In this document: positions 27,361 through 40,645 of the stretch, piece after piece | How positions within the stretch are numbered: position 1 is the stretch's first letter | How the letters are laid out: the number at the start of each line of letters is the position of its first letter | NCBI GenBank assembly: GCA_046563655.1 | Contig: CM102288.1 | Coordinates: 4,650,001-4,714,000 of the forward strand | Direction of reading: 5' to 3' | From: Yuukianura sp. NJ FZ-2021 | Taxonomy: Eukaryota | DNA: 64,000 nucleotides | The notes under the pieces: model-generated | Databases searched by the model: none | Seen by the model: only the letters and a program-made list of their open reading frames with translations | Told to the model about the DNA's origin: nothing | Made by a program: the position numbers and the translations under genes

Positions 27361-29279
27361 TTAGAATGCTTCTTCATCTTCCTCGGCTTCAGACACATTT
27401 TGAATTCCGAAACCGATTTCATCTTCGTCGCTTGTCAAAGCATTGTCATCGTCACTGGTCAAATCATGTCCTGGTGGGGCCAGTGGTGGCTCAGTTTCTT
27501 CTTCAACTTGAATTACCATTGGTGGCTCAACTGATTTGGTCAGCAGAGGGCTAATTCTGCGATGAAGTTCCAGAATGTTGTCCATAATGGCAGCATCTTC
27601 TGCTGCTCCAGTATTTTTAGTGGGTTCCTCTGCTTCATCTCCACTTCCACAGGAAGAAGAGGTTTCACATTCAGAATCTTCTGGAGAATCCTGCCTCTGT
27701 TTCAACAGAGGTGTGAAGTAGTCGCTGGCAAACTGGAAAATGTCTTTCGGTTTGCTAAATAACACTTTTTGCATGAAGTCGCCCAGGAGAGCTCTTAGAC
27801 CAGGATGGTCCATCAAGTATGTCTTGTACTGGGCTGCCAATTCTGTCTACAATAATTCATTGAAAAACCAGAAACATTTTGAAAATTAGTTTTTCAAAAT
27901 TTTTTCAAAGAATTTCGAAATTTTTGCAGACCTTTTTCATCAAATAGTTTGAGTAGAGTTCTTGATCACAGGCCCAGACAATCGGTGGGCGGATTCTAAA
28001 ACCAATTAAATGTTAGGTTTAAATTAAAATTAAGTTAACTAATCAGTTAAATTAAACGTTAATTGACCTAAGTTAATTGAAGTTAGTTGACCTACCCTGA
28101 GAACTGTCCAAAATCGTCATGCTCATCGATAGGACGAAACCACAGTGGAATCATAGCATGATCATTGTCTTCCGGTTGACATCTAAGGACCAATCGTCCG
28201 TAGAAATTGAAAACCGAATCCCAAGCGACTCCCGCCTTCGTAATGCTCTCACTCCAAAGCGATCTGCGGATCCCTTGCACATCCATCCTCTCGCCCTTGA
28301 CGTTCTCAATTCCTCGGCCCAGAATTCGCTAAAAACAAGGTGTTTTGACAAAATGTCAAATTTAAAAAGTCCAATTGACATTTTAAGTGACATTTTCAAA
28401 ATTACGTAATCCACTGGAACGGTGGTTCCACGGGGATTGGTGGCTTTCAGAGTAATTGATCCCGTTTTTCTCTCAAAGATCATGAGACGCTGGAGCAGAA
28501 TGTTGGCACTCTCGGACACAAATGTCTTGAGGTCAATAAATGGAATTGAAGTGACCTCGTCGTACTTGGTCACTTCGTCACGCTTGAAAGTTGACCGACA
28601 GTAGAGAGAACTTCCAGCATTCTCGTCAGACAGAAACATCTTCCGGTCAAACCGAACTCCATGAAAAGTACTCCACCTTAAAAATTCAAATGTAAACGTT
28701 TTCTTTCTAAAATGTTTCGATTTGACCTCGTGACCTCAGGATTGGACTTACTCGTGACTCAGTTCCTGGATGACCTTGAGTTCTGGACTAATGAATCCAG
28801 TGAGACTCGTTCCCACGTCCACTTCTGAATTGATCTTGGCATAACTTCCGGAATGGACCAGAAAACAAGGAAGTCCAGCCCATGAACTGACCTCGACTGA
28901 TGTAAACATCTTCCCAATACCTTCTCCATCTTCGGAAATGATGAGACTGGACTCTGGGAATGCCAAGTGCTTCTGCATGTCTGGAGCTAAAGGTCAAAGG
29001 TCAAGGTCACGGGAATGATCCTTTTTGCATACAAAATGATGAGTTCTTACTCAATTTGATTTTGGTGAACCACAAAAGTGTCATGGGGCTTTGTGTGGTT
29101 GATTGATTTGTATACTGGCTGTCGGCTGAGTTGAATCCACTGCCGCCTCCAGAAGAAACGGTGACATTTCCAGCATTACTGTGTTTCCGAGTCTTCTTCC
29201 GAGGATCAGGAATTGGTTCGGTCACGAGACAGGTCAAGCCTCCACCCTTTCCCAAATGGAACGTGGGATGCGTCGTCAT
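27361..29279 (-). CDS. CATIP: Ciliogenesis-associated TTC17-interacting protein-like
   Basis: HLAFPESSLII..CFLVHSGS..VGTSLTGFISPELKVI, FVSESANILLQRLM, and a C-terminal docking/dimerisation-like motif YLMDHPGLRALLGDFMQKVLFSKPKDIFQFASDYF; multi-exon. Confidence 0.75.
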
Positions 29280-29823
29280 TTTCAAAACGATTTAAAACCA
29301 GATTTCAATTTTCGAATTCTAAAAAACGAGAAACTTATTCACTTCATATTCAGAATTTTTGCAATTTTCACGTCGTCGCTTTTTCTGTTGCAATTTGCAA
29401 ACATCAAAACTTTTTGAATTTCATTCGGTTCCATGTGAATAAAAAGTAAGGTTTGAAGGTCGCCCGAAGTAATTGAGTGTCGTGGTGACCTTGTGACCTC
29501 GATGACCTAAAAAAATAAAGCGAAATTCAAACGTTTGCTAAATAGTGCTTAAATTATAACTAGTAACGTGGAGCTAAAAATCAAGTCTATAAGCAAGTTA
29601 TAGGCGCGTCATTTCCGAGGCGCCAAAGTTGTAAGAAGTAAGCGGCAACATAAGTGTTCAAAACTTTTGGTAAAGATTTGTTTTTTTTTTCTGTTTGTTG
29701 TTTTATCATTGATTGTTGCGTGTTTTATAAAATTTTTGTACTAAATTGCAGAGATCGTTAAATTTATTTAATTTGTGATTCTGTTTTCAAGTTAAATAAA
29801 AATCACAGGATTTAGAGAGCTTC

Positions 29824-32800
29824 ATGATGAACCCGTTTCAGGAGAGCAAAGCAAAGCTGAAGGAAATGTTTAACTTACTGTCTTGTACAAAATGGTGAGT
29901 CAATTTATTATTGTAAAAATAGTTTAGTCTCAAATCTCAATTAAGTTATCATTTTGCTTTTTTTAGTGAGAAACTTCCGATATCAGACGTCTGGATGCTG
30001 AGTTCCTGTCAACACAAGTACTGCAAAACATGCTTTGACAATTTGACCGTCCAAGCGAGTCACGCTAAGAAATGTGAACGGTGTCATCGCCTCTCTCGAT
30101 TTGACCCAAAGTCGTCCTTACCCGATTTATTTTCGACTGATTTGTTGCAGAACCTTCGGCACTTCCAGTGTCAAGAATATCCCGAACTCTTGATCTGTTC
30201 AACTGTTTCTATTAAAGTAGCGACAGCACCCAGGTCATCGCAGAGGTCATTGAGCCGCCAGAAAGATGTAAACCGTCGTCCGTTATCCACTCGAAAGCGA
30301 AACGCTTCTGTGATGTCCGAAAGTCAATCGTCATCTTCCAAGAATTCTACATCTATGGCATCTCCATCAGTGGGTTCCGTGACTAAGCGAAATGCAAAAG
30401 GAGAAACAGCACTTCACATCGCTGCGAGAACCGGAAATATTGACAAAGTTGAACAACTTCTGGACATTGGAGCAGACATTGGCGCCAAAGATTTTGCCGG
30501 ATGGACGCCACTTGTAAGTTTTCAGTAGTCGAGCCTGTGTTTCAGAATTTCTTTCTTTTAGTTGAATTTGAATGAACGGGGAATGTTTCTGGATTTTTTA
30601 AATATAATACAAAATATAACACTTTTTCCCCCTCGTTTTTTTCAAGCATGAAGCGATCAATGGAAAAACACCAAACGTACTAAAAGTTATGGAACTCCTA
30701 TTGACGAAGGGGTGTGAGGTCAATGTCGTCGGTGGTTTCGGTCACACACCGCTACATGAAGCCGCTCTTCTCGGAAATACCGATATAATCAACCTCCTTA
30801 TGTCCTACGGTGCCTCAAATGATATTCTCAACGAAAATGGTCTTTTTCCAGGGTAATTAAGTCAACTACTTTAGTTGAATTACCAGAAATTCCATGTTTT
30901 TGATGTTTTTCTGTAAAATATAAATTTTTATTGCTCAAACAGGGACTTGGCCAAAACCGACAAAGTTTCTGAAGTCATTTCAAAATACAAGGGCCCTTAC
31001 AAAAGGAAAGTAGCTGCCAGCGATATTTTGTCTCTTTCACGCCAACTTCAATCCAGCAAAGCTTTGTTGTTCTTTGCGTACCCCGCAGAGTCCAACTTTC
31101 TCCAGAACTTAACGGCGTTCAACCTCAAATTCACAACGACTTTCACGTAAGTTCAAAATATTGAATGTTTTAGTTTCGTAATTAGCCCAACTGATTTGCA
31201 TTATAAGAACATGAAAGCTTCACTGGCGAATTCTTCTGGTCCATCTCCTGCTGCCGGAAACAATTTATGTCCATTCTCGTCTATTTGATCCTGGAACCGG
31301 AGGCGTACCAACTCTTGGAATCCCAGCTTTTGAGCAATAGCACGCGTACCAGGGCTAGTAAAACTACTCTGGACCATGGGAAATCCACGACTTCTGAGCA
31401 GCACCAGCATTCTGACGTAGGCTTCCTTGGCTAATCCACACCCACGGAACTTATCTGCAACGGAAGTGATGAAGATATCCGCACGGAAGGCAGGAGGGTG
31501 AAAGTTCTCGACTTGAGACGCTGCGACTTCCAGGCGTTGAATCATAGTCAGAACCGTTGCTAAAGTGGGGCACATTGGCTGCTCGGCGGAGAAAAGCGAC
31601 TCCAATCCAGGAAGCCTCGTGTCTAATACAATATTGACTCCTGCAAGCTTTTAAAAAATTGCTCAAAAGTTGATTTCGAAATTTTGAGAGTATACAATTT
31701 TACCTCTCCAGTCGCTTTTTCTCGAATGACATAACTCAGACCATGAGAAACAGCCAACGTGACCATCCGATCATGATCTGCAGCTTGTTCTTCGTTCCAT
31801 CCCAAATAGACGTTCATTTGCTCAGATTTTAAAAAATAATCACGAACATGTTGAGTAATTTCGGGTAAATCGGATTCTTTGGCTAATTGAAATTCAAATT
31901 GCTTCCATTCACCTACGCCTTCTTCCATTTTTTTGGTTAGGATTTTAATTTCGAGAAAAACACTAAACAAAATTTGCCAGTTGAGCTGCTTGTTGGGTGT
32001 GTCTGGGTGCTATTTTTATCAACTTCTGAGCACTTTACTCTCCCACTCCTTAGTTTATTCTTGAATTGAATTGGATTCTGGCGTCTGCAACCTCAGCGCT
32101 TATTTTAGCATTTACTTCCGCGAATCTTTGTTATAGTAAATCCCACTTCTGCTGAAGAGACTAAAAAGTTGAGTGGGATTCAATGGCTTTTTATTGCTGA
32201 CTAATCTTTTCCGAAAGGTTTTCATATGTCATAAATCTCAATTAACGTCTGGTCTGCAAAATATCCTGAACTAACCAGATTTTTAAATTGAACTTAATTG
32301 GACTTATCCGCTAACTAACAAAGGTCACCTTGTACGAAATGTCATAAACACTTCCAGAAATTGAGCTTCCGGAAATAATTTATAATTCTATGTATAATTC
32401 AAGAATTTATGATTTTATAGTTTATGATTCTATAATTTATAATTCTATAGTTTATAGTTTATAATCCCATAATTTATAATTCTATAATCTTTTACATGCC
32501 TAATTCTTCTTTTGTTGTTCATTTTTAGGAGGGAAGTGACCCACGTTGTTTTTGACGTCAAACCCCACGCTCGCGTTCCAGTGTCACTGAACTATTTGTA
32601 TGGAATTCTCACTGGAGCTTGGCTTCTGAGCAGTGAATGTGCGGAAAACCACATTTAAATATTTTGGAAACTCAGTTTTCTGTTTGATGGTTTGTAAAAC
32701 GTGTTGTTTTGGTTCTTTGAAGGGCTCACGAAATCACTTTCTGGAAAAACCCTCCTGGAACCGGATCCGTTTGAGATTGGAGGCCCCTCCAGAAATTCCT

Positions 32801-33390
32801 TTGGTGGCTCAAATGCCGTTTCAAATGGATCCACTGGAGCCCAGAAGAGAGCACGCCTTAATCGACAGCTAAAGGTAAGTGCATGGGGTGGGTGGTCGGA
32901 ATTAATCAAAAAGTCTGTCAGTTTGTACCTCCAGTTTGAATTATTTCTGTTCCAGGATCTTGACGATTTATTAGTCCATGTCACACTTTACAAAACTTTA
33001 AGATTGCTTCTCTTTTTTTGAATATTTCAGAATCCAGGCTTATTTCAAGGAATCCAGTTTTACATTTACAAAAACTCAAGCTACAGTTCAGGCCAATTCA
33101 AAATGGATAAGAACGAGTTGGGCTTTTGCATTAGACTTGGAGATGGAGAAGTGCTCAATCGAGAGCCAATTCCGAAGATGGTCAATCCACTGGACAGTTT
33201 GGTCCGATTCCATGCCAAGGACCAGTCTCACCCACTCATCCTCACTTCGCATATAATTCTATTTGGAGATGACAAAAACGAGCCAAAGGAGAAACATAAT
33301 CTGGAACACGTCAAATCCCTTCGGGTCAACTGGCTAATTGAATCTGCTCTCCAGTTTACTCTTTGTGATCCAACGCCTTTTCTTGTTTGA
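29824..33390 (+). CDS. BARD1: BRCA1-associated RING domain protein 1 (RING, ankyrin repeats, tandem BRCT)
   Basis: Exons about 29824-29894, 29967-30513, 30647-30852, 30943-31146, 32529-32874, 33031-33390. [70 protein letters not shown] and [26 protein letters not shown]. Confidence 0.92.
31201..31928 (-). CDS. Insect AANAT-like GNAT acetyltransferase, nested in a BARD1 intron (copy N)
   Basis: Exons 31928-31704 and 31647-31201; [13 protein letters not shown], motif [28 protein letters not shown]. Lies within BARD1 intron 31147-32528. Confidence 0.85.
32372..32490. repeat. AT-rich 8-9 bp tandem repeat (ataattt/ataattct) in a BARD1 intron
   Basis: Repeated tataattt/tataattc/tatagttt units. 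Confidence 0.75.
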
Positions 33391-35087
33391 GTTGTGTCAA
33401 AGAACCTCTTTTGCTGTCTTTTTACAATCTTTTCAAGTTTTTAGAAACTAATTTAACGTTCAAACAAGTTTAACGCTTGAAAAGGAGAGATGACTAAAGA
33501 TTTAAAAGATGACAAAAGATGCTCTGAAGTTAAGTTAACATTTTGAAATTGTTAGATTAGCATTTCGAAATTGTAGGTTTAAGGTAAGTGGTGTTAAGAG
33601 AAATTGAATTTTGGATTTGTTGAGTTTTACATTTGTCTCGAGGGTTAGCGGAGTGTTAAGTGTGAAAATTGGTTTCTTTTGACAGTTTTGGTGAAAGCTG
33701 AGGGGTTTTTGAATTATAAATTCATCTGAAAAGGAGGACGATCAATCATCGCAGTAAAACTTTGTTTTCTCTTTTGTAAAAGTTTGTTTGTGTTTTTTGT
33801 AAACAATATTATTATGGTGCTTTGGGTTTAGCGTTCATGTTATGATTACAATGGAAATGTTATGTTAATTTAGAAAAGTGTTAGGTTTGGAGACAATCCA
33901 GGAGAGACAGATTGCTACTGACTGTCACTCTGTAGTAAAGGTAAGTTATTGAGGAAATGAGTAGAGCCATGGGGAAAATTGAGTTAATGGACATCCTGGA
34001 TTATGTGGAAAGTGGGTTGTGTTTCTTGCATTTTTGAGCAGAAAGATACCACTTTTGCGGAGAAAGTTACATTTATTACAGACAGAGTTACACTTTTTTT
34101 TTATGGAGAAAGCGACATTGCTCGGGAGAAAGTTACATTTTTACCGACAAAGCTACGTTTTCATGGAGAACTTACATTTTTAGCCATGAAGTTGAATTTT
34201 TTGGAGAGAAAGTGGCATTTTGCGGAATAAAGTTACAGTTTCTCTTGGAGAAAGTGGAGGCGTGTGGGGCAGAATGGGGGAAGGTGGAATTAAGTTGTTT
34301 CTTATTCAGTGGGACGTGTGGGTGTAGGAATTTGAGACTTTGTTCGTAGGTTATCTTAGGTTAGACTATTTTTTCCAGTTCGGTGGGACCTTAAATGTCG
34401 GTTCATTTCAGTACAATCGTTTGATCAAATTGATTCATGTCAAGATACCATCCTTGTCCGCCCACCACAATTTTTTAGTTGCAATCCCGACAGAGCTAAC
34501 CCCCAGTAGACAAGACCTTGAAAAAAAACTTTCTCTTTTTGTGAAAAAGTTGGCTCTTTTTTTGTTGAATCGCTTCTGTATCTTTTTGTATTTGGTTTTG
34601 TGAAGTAACGTCGGAAGTGAAAAGGGAGCAGAGATTTCTCTCATCCTTGGAAAAAATCGGCGACTGGAACACTTCCTTTTGAGCTTTGTGCTGATTGAAA
34701 CTGCTTTTTTTGCACTGAGAGTTTATGGGAAGCGGCAAAACAAATGTCACCGGAACACAATTTATGTTCACAAGCAAAAAGCAAAGAAAAAAAATGAAGC
34801 AACAGACAAGAACATGGAAAAGACATGAAAGTGAAAGTAAAAGCGGAAAAGTATAAATCTAATCTGCACTTCACTTTCCCTGGTTGATTCTAAACTCTGG
34901 TGCAACTTATTAAAAATCACATTTCGTCTTTCCTTTAGAAACAAGTGCAAATTGAAAAATTGAAAAAAAAACTTTTTTTAAAAAAATCCTTTTTTTAATT
35001 CGGCAATTTTTTTTTCAAACTTTAAATGTCAAAGGGCAAAGTTTATTCTCAAATATAAAATGTAATTTTGAAATGAGCTTTATGTTT

Positions 35088-35926
35088 TTAAATGACCAGG
35101 ATTTCTTCAGTGGCAAAACTTTCTCCTGCGTTTGGAAAAACCTTTTCCCCATTTTCAACTTGGTCTTTGTAGTACCGTCGCGCGACTTCTGTGAATCCGA
35201 CTTTTCGGACAGCAACTCGCGAGAAGGGACTCGTGCATTCGCCTTTGACCAATGGGAATCCGCGATTTTTAAGAAATGGAATCATTTTGACGTACGTTTG
35301 AGTCGTAAGGCCGTGACCACGAAAGTCAGGTGCAACTGACGTTATCAAGCTTTCTGCGTGGAAGGGATATTGGCGCAATGTTTGAGACGACATGTTTTCT
35401 AAGTCGGCCACAAACGTCCATAATTTCCGTGTTGGAGTTGACATGCGCCGTCCATCTGCTTCTGAGAAAATAGAATCCACTCCAGGAAGACGACTGTCCT
35501 GTAAAAGGCTCATTCCAACGAGCTACAAAAAATCACAACGTTTTGCTAAAACTTAACATTTTAGAACTTTTTCTAAATGCACCTCTCCTGTATTTTTGTG
35601 TCTGACTGTGCAACTTATTCCATGAGTCACAATACCCTCCACTACAACGTCAAAGTCTTTGGCCATCTCCTCTGACCAACCCAAATAGGAACAAATTGGT
35701 TCACCCGGCAAAAAGTAATTTCGGACGTGGGTTTTCATTTCTGCCACATCGCTTTCACTCGCAATTTCAAACCGAAATTCTCCCCAGTCTTTGCCAAGCC
35801 CATCCCGAGAATTGGTTTTGTTTCTGAAAGTAAACAATAACTTATTTACTAGCATAATGATTGGAATATAATAAAATGGATTTGATAATTTACGCACGCA
35901 GTAGAGTATTGCTTCTGCATTTTCAT
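35088..35926 (-). CDS. AANAT-like GNAT acetyltransferase, array copy 1
   Basis: Exons 35926-35898, 35823-35583, 35522-35088; MKMQKQYSTA..YFLPGEPICSYLG..SVAPDFRGHGL..CTSPFSR..KVGF. Confidence 0.85.
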
Positions 35927-35937
35927 CTTATAGATTT

Positions 35938-36321
35938 GGCACAAACCCGGCAGCACGGCTCCTCTATTGATTTGATTACGATTAAAATATCGTGTCGTAG
36001 CAAATTTTATATCAGCGATTAGGCGTAGTTTCCTATTCTGAAATCCATCTTTGGCGATCACACCTTCGCCTGGGTAAGACTAATTAAGATTCTAATTAAA
36101 ATAGTGAATTTCACACACATAAGATTTTATTCATTATTTAGAATTTTTTATGTGAAATTCATATTGTTACTTTTAGAATTTTTATGAATCAATCTTTACC
36201 AAGAAGGAAGTATGTGCCTGCCGAAAACGGATTTCAGATTCGGAATTTGCGCCAAAAAGTTAAATACCAGACGATATTTTAATCATAAAAAATCGAAGCG
36301 CTGTTTTACCGAATATGAGCC
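35938..36321. mobile_element. Degenerate foldback/MITE with long inverted arms and apparent 8-bp TSD
   Basis: Arms pair: ggcacaaacccgg/ccgaatatgagcc, cgattaaaatatcgt/acgatattttaatc, ttctgaaatcc/ggatttcaga, gtgaatttcaca/tgtgaaattca. Flanks are atagattt and atagtttt. Empty site at 40655-40675. Confidence 0.75.
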
Positions 36322-36872
36322 ATAGTTTTCTGTTTCAGTGTTCGTTGCACCAAGGTAAATTATCACTCGTAGCTTCTTCGTTGAATAAAGAGCTAATGAT
36401 AATTTTATGCTGCTACTACACGATGATCACGTATACAAATTCAGTGAGTGAAAAAATTGTAACATTTGTCAATCTCTTATCTCTCGTCTTCTAACGTCAC
36501 GCGCGCTATGCAGATACAAGTTTATTTTTATTTTTCAGTTTGTTTTTCGCGTGAGGAAGCGTTGGTTCCAGAGGTCATAAAAAATCTTTGACATAACCTT
36601 TCACTAGAAGGCAAAAATAATAATTTTTTTTTTCAAATTTCCAGTGTCGAAGGGCAAAGTATATTCTCAAATTTCAACTTCCAAATGTAAAAAGTAATTA
36701 TTCTGAATTTTTTTCCAAATGCTTGTCGCTGGATTTCCAACTTTCTGACGTTTCGTCCAGTGTATAAAATTTTTCATCCGGAAGAAATGGATAAAATGAG
36801 TATAAATGTACATTCTACATTAATCTGATGTAGATGGAAAAAAATTTTTATTCATAAGACAGTTTTTAGATT

Positions 36873-37793
36873 TTAAATGACTAGGACTTCTTCAGTAGCA
36901 AAATTTTCTCCTGCTGTTTTAAAAACCTGTTGACCATTTTCAACATAGTCTTTGTAGTACCGTCGTGCGGCCTCTGTAAATCCTAGTTTTCGCGCAGCAG
37001 CTCGCGAGAAGGGACTCGTAAATTCGCCTTTGGCCAATGGGAATCCTCGATTTTTAAGAAATGGAATCAATTTGACGAACGTTTCGGTCGCAAGGCCGTG
37101 ACGACGAAATTCACTTGAAACCGACATAAGCCACAACTCTGCGTGGAAGGGATATTGGCGCAATGTTTGAGACGCCAAGTTTTCTAAGTCGAACACAAAC
37201 GTCCATAGTTTCTGTGCTGGGAGTGACATGCGCCGTCCAGATGCTTCGAAAATGGAATTCACTCCAGGAAGTCGACTGTCCATTACAACGTTTGCCCCGA
37301 CGAGCTTCAAAAAAACCATAATGTTTAGCTGAAAGTTAACATTTTCTTTTTTTTTTTTAAATGCACCTCTCCTGTATTTTTGTGTCGTATTGTGAAACTT
37401 AGTCCGTGCGTCACAAAGACCTCCACTGTAAACTCAATATCCAGAGCCAATTCCTCTGACCAACCCAAATAGGAACATATTGGCTCGCCCCACATATAGT
37501 ATTTTCGGACGTGGCTTTTCATTTCTGCCACATCGCTTTCACGAGCAATTTCAAACCGAAAATCTCCCCAGTCTTTGTCCAGCAGCCCCTCACCAGAGTT
37601 ATTTTTGTTTCTGAAAGTAAGCAAGAACTTATTTATAAACCTAAGAATAGTACGAATAATAATAAAATACTTCTGCAAATAATTGGAATATAATAAAATG
37701 AATTTGGTAATTTACGCACGCAACACAGTATTGCCTCTGTATTTTCACTTTATGGATTTGGAACAACCTCGGCAGCACGGCGCTTCGATTCAT
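36873..37793 (-). CDS. AANAT-like GNAT, array copy 2 (N-terminally extended model)
   Basis: Same three-exon structure. Ancestral ATG reads ATA; the nearest upstream in-frame ATG is at 37793. YYMWGEPICSYLG, SVSSEFRRHGLA. Confidence 0.8.
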
Positions 37794-38302
37794 TACGATT
37801 AAAATATCGTATCGTATCAAATTTTGTATCAACTATTGTGAAATAGTTAAACTATTCAACGGGAAGTTGAATAGTTGAACTCTAACCGGTGAATCCTCGT
37901 TCTCAATAATTTGTCGGAGCACGCTAAGAATCGATGTCATCCAAACAAGACTTCCGATTTCAAATTTACACTTTTAATTACCGAATTATGGAATTACTTC
38001 CAATTAAAACCAAATAAAGAATGAACAAAGTTTAGACTAAAATCAAACATGGACTTCTTATGGTCATATGGTCAGAACCATACCCTTCACAAACTTATTC
38101 CAAAAAACTTACTTATTCCTAACAGAAAAACTCAATCTGCCCAAGGCCAGACGCTACCCAAAAACCACCTTATTTCAACCCACAAGTGCTGTATAGAAAA
38201 AATACTACTTAGGGAAACACAACTTTCAAAGCTTAGCATCAAAAAATGCCTATGAACGATTTCAAAGGAAACTATTATAAAACTATACGCTATTTTTAGT
38301 TT

Positions 38303-39203
38303 TTAAATGACTAAGACGTCTTCAGTGGCAAAATTTTCTTCTGCTGTTGGAAAAATCCTTTCCCCATTTTCAACTTGGTCTTTGTAGTACCGTCGTCCGA
38401 CTTCTGTAAATCCCGCTTTTCGGACAGCAGCGCGTGAGAAGGGACTCGTGCATTCGCCTTTGACCAATGGGAATCCACGATTTTTCAGAAATGGAATCAA
38501 TTTGACGAGCGTTTGAGTCAACAGGCCGCGATAACGAAATTCAGGTGAAACTCCCATTAAAAAAATCTCTGCGTGGAAGGGATATTGGCGCAATGTTTGA
38601 GACGCTAAATTTTCCAAGTCGCACAAAAACGTCCATAGTTTCTGAAATGGAACTGACATGCGCCGTCCAGAGGCTTCTGAAAAAATAGAATCCATTCCAG
38701 GAAGCCGACTGTCCATTACAAGGTTCACTCCAACTAGCTGCAAAAAATTAGAATGTTTTTTTAAAAGTAACATTTTCTGAGAACTTTTTTTTTGAAATGC
38801 ACCTACCTCTTCTGTATCTTTGTGTCTGATTGTAAAACTTAGTCCGTGAGTCACAATGACCTCCGTCACAAAATCAAAATCCACGGCCATCTCCTCCGAC
38901 CAACCCAAATAGCAGCACGTTGCTTCGCTCGGCAAAAAGTGGTTTCGGACGTGAGTTTTCATTTCTTCCAAATCGCTTTCACCAGCAATTTCAAACCGAA
39001 AATCTCCCCAGTTTTTGTCAAGCTCATGCAGAGAATTATTTTTGTTTCTGAAAGTAAGAAATAACATATTTACTAACCCAAAAACACTGCAAATAATAAT
39101 AAAACACATTTAAATATAATTGAGTAATAAATTATAATTGAATATAAAAATGCAATAGATAAGTTTGATAATTTACGTACGCCATACTCTCTTGCTTTTG
39201 CAT
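38303..39203 (-). CDS. AANAT-like GNAT, array copy 3
   Basis: Exon 1 MQKQESMA|gtacgt; HFLPSEATCCYLG; GVSPEFRYRGLL. Confidence 0.85.
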
Positions 39204-39570
39204 TTTCACTTTATGATTGATATTTCTAACTCATAAGCTTCTCTAACTGTCTGCTCTAACTGCGGTTGAGTAAATATGAGTTAGTGAGAATTTTATATTG
39301 CTAAAAGTAAACGCGTATGCAAATTAGTGAACTAAGAGCGTGAGGTAGATGAACTTAAGTGAACAAAAATATTGCAACATTTGGCAACTATCTCTCGTAT
39401 TCTGACCGCACGCGCTAAAGTGGATATTTTTTGTTCATTTTCTTAGGTTAGGTTTTTAATTAGAAAAAAACTTATTTGCAAAAAACACTAAGCATTAAGC
39501 GTAAACTTTTTTTTTATTCTTTCAATTATCAAATGTAAAAAGTACTTTTGAAATCTTAGAATTTCCAAAA

Positions 39571-39748
39571 CAGTGTTGCTCTCAAACCACCTATTTGACG
39601 TTTCGTCCAGTTCCAGTGGATATCCGGTGGAGAATGTATTTCATCCGGTTTTATCAGGCAAGCTGGATAAAATGGATGCTATAAATATATACTTGCACCT
39701 AATCTGATGTAAATGGAAGAAATATATTTTATTTTTCCGACAACACTG
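39571..39748. mobile_element. Short hAT-like MITE (CAGTGTTG termini) just 3' of a GNAT stop codon; homologs near 36720-36860, 41460-41628, 43487-43630
   Basis: cagtgttg...caacactg termini, internal tggata/tatcca repeats; absent downstream of copy 1 (35060-35088). Confidence 0.5.
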
Positions 39749-39759
39749 CCTTTGTGATT

Positions 39760-40645
39760 TTAAATGACCAAGACGTCTTCAGTGGCAAAATTTTCTCCTG
39801 CGGTTGGAAAAACCTTTTCTCCATTTTCAACTTGGTCTTTGTAGTACCGTCGCGCGACTTCTGTAAATCCAACTTTACGGGCAGCAGCTCGCGAGAAGGG
39901 ACTTGTGAACTCGCTTCTGACCAATGGGATTCCACGACTTTTCAGAAAAGGAATCATTTTGACGTAGGCTTGAGTCGCAAGACCGCGATGACGAAACTCA
40001 CGTGCAACTGACGTTACATAGATCTCTGCGTGGAAGGGATGTTGTCCCAATGTTTCAGCCGCCAAGTTTTGTAAGTCGTCTAAAAATGTGGATAGTTGCT
40101 TAAATGGAACTGACATGCGTCGCCCGTATTCTGAGAAAATGGAGTCCACAACATGAAGTCGACTGTCGATTACAAGATTCACTCCAACGAGCTTCAAAAA
40201 ATCAGAATATTTTGCTATTATAAAAGTATCATTTCTTGGAACTTTTTCTTTTTTTCTTTTAAAATGCACCTCTCCTGTAATTTTGTGTCTGATTGTGAAA
40301 CTTAGTCCGTGAGTCACAATGACCTCAGCTAAAAATTCAAAATCTCCGGCCATCTCCTCTGACCACCCCAAATAGTAACACATTGCTTCGTCCGACACAA
40401 AGTAGTCTCGGACATGTCTTTTCACTTCTGCCACGTCGCTTTCACCCGCAAGTTCAAACCGAAAATCTCCCCAGTCTTTGTCAAGCTCATCCACAGAATT
40501 AGTGATGTGTCTGAAAGTAAGTCAATAAGCTTATTTTTCTAACCCAAAACCAGTGCAAATATGAATATAAACTAATTGTACATAATAATTAATACAATAA
40601 ATGAATTTGGTAATTTACGTACTCAACACTCTCTTGCTTTTGCAT
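39760..40645 (-). CDS. AANAT-like GNAT, array copy 4
   Basis: Exon 1 MQKQESVE; YFVSDEAMCYYLG; SVAREFRHRGLA. Confidence 0.85.

Noticed and set aside
34003..34240. ORF with repeated EKVTF-like units
   Set aside because: Degenerate non-coding repeat (gagaaagttacattt) with no gene structure.
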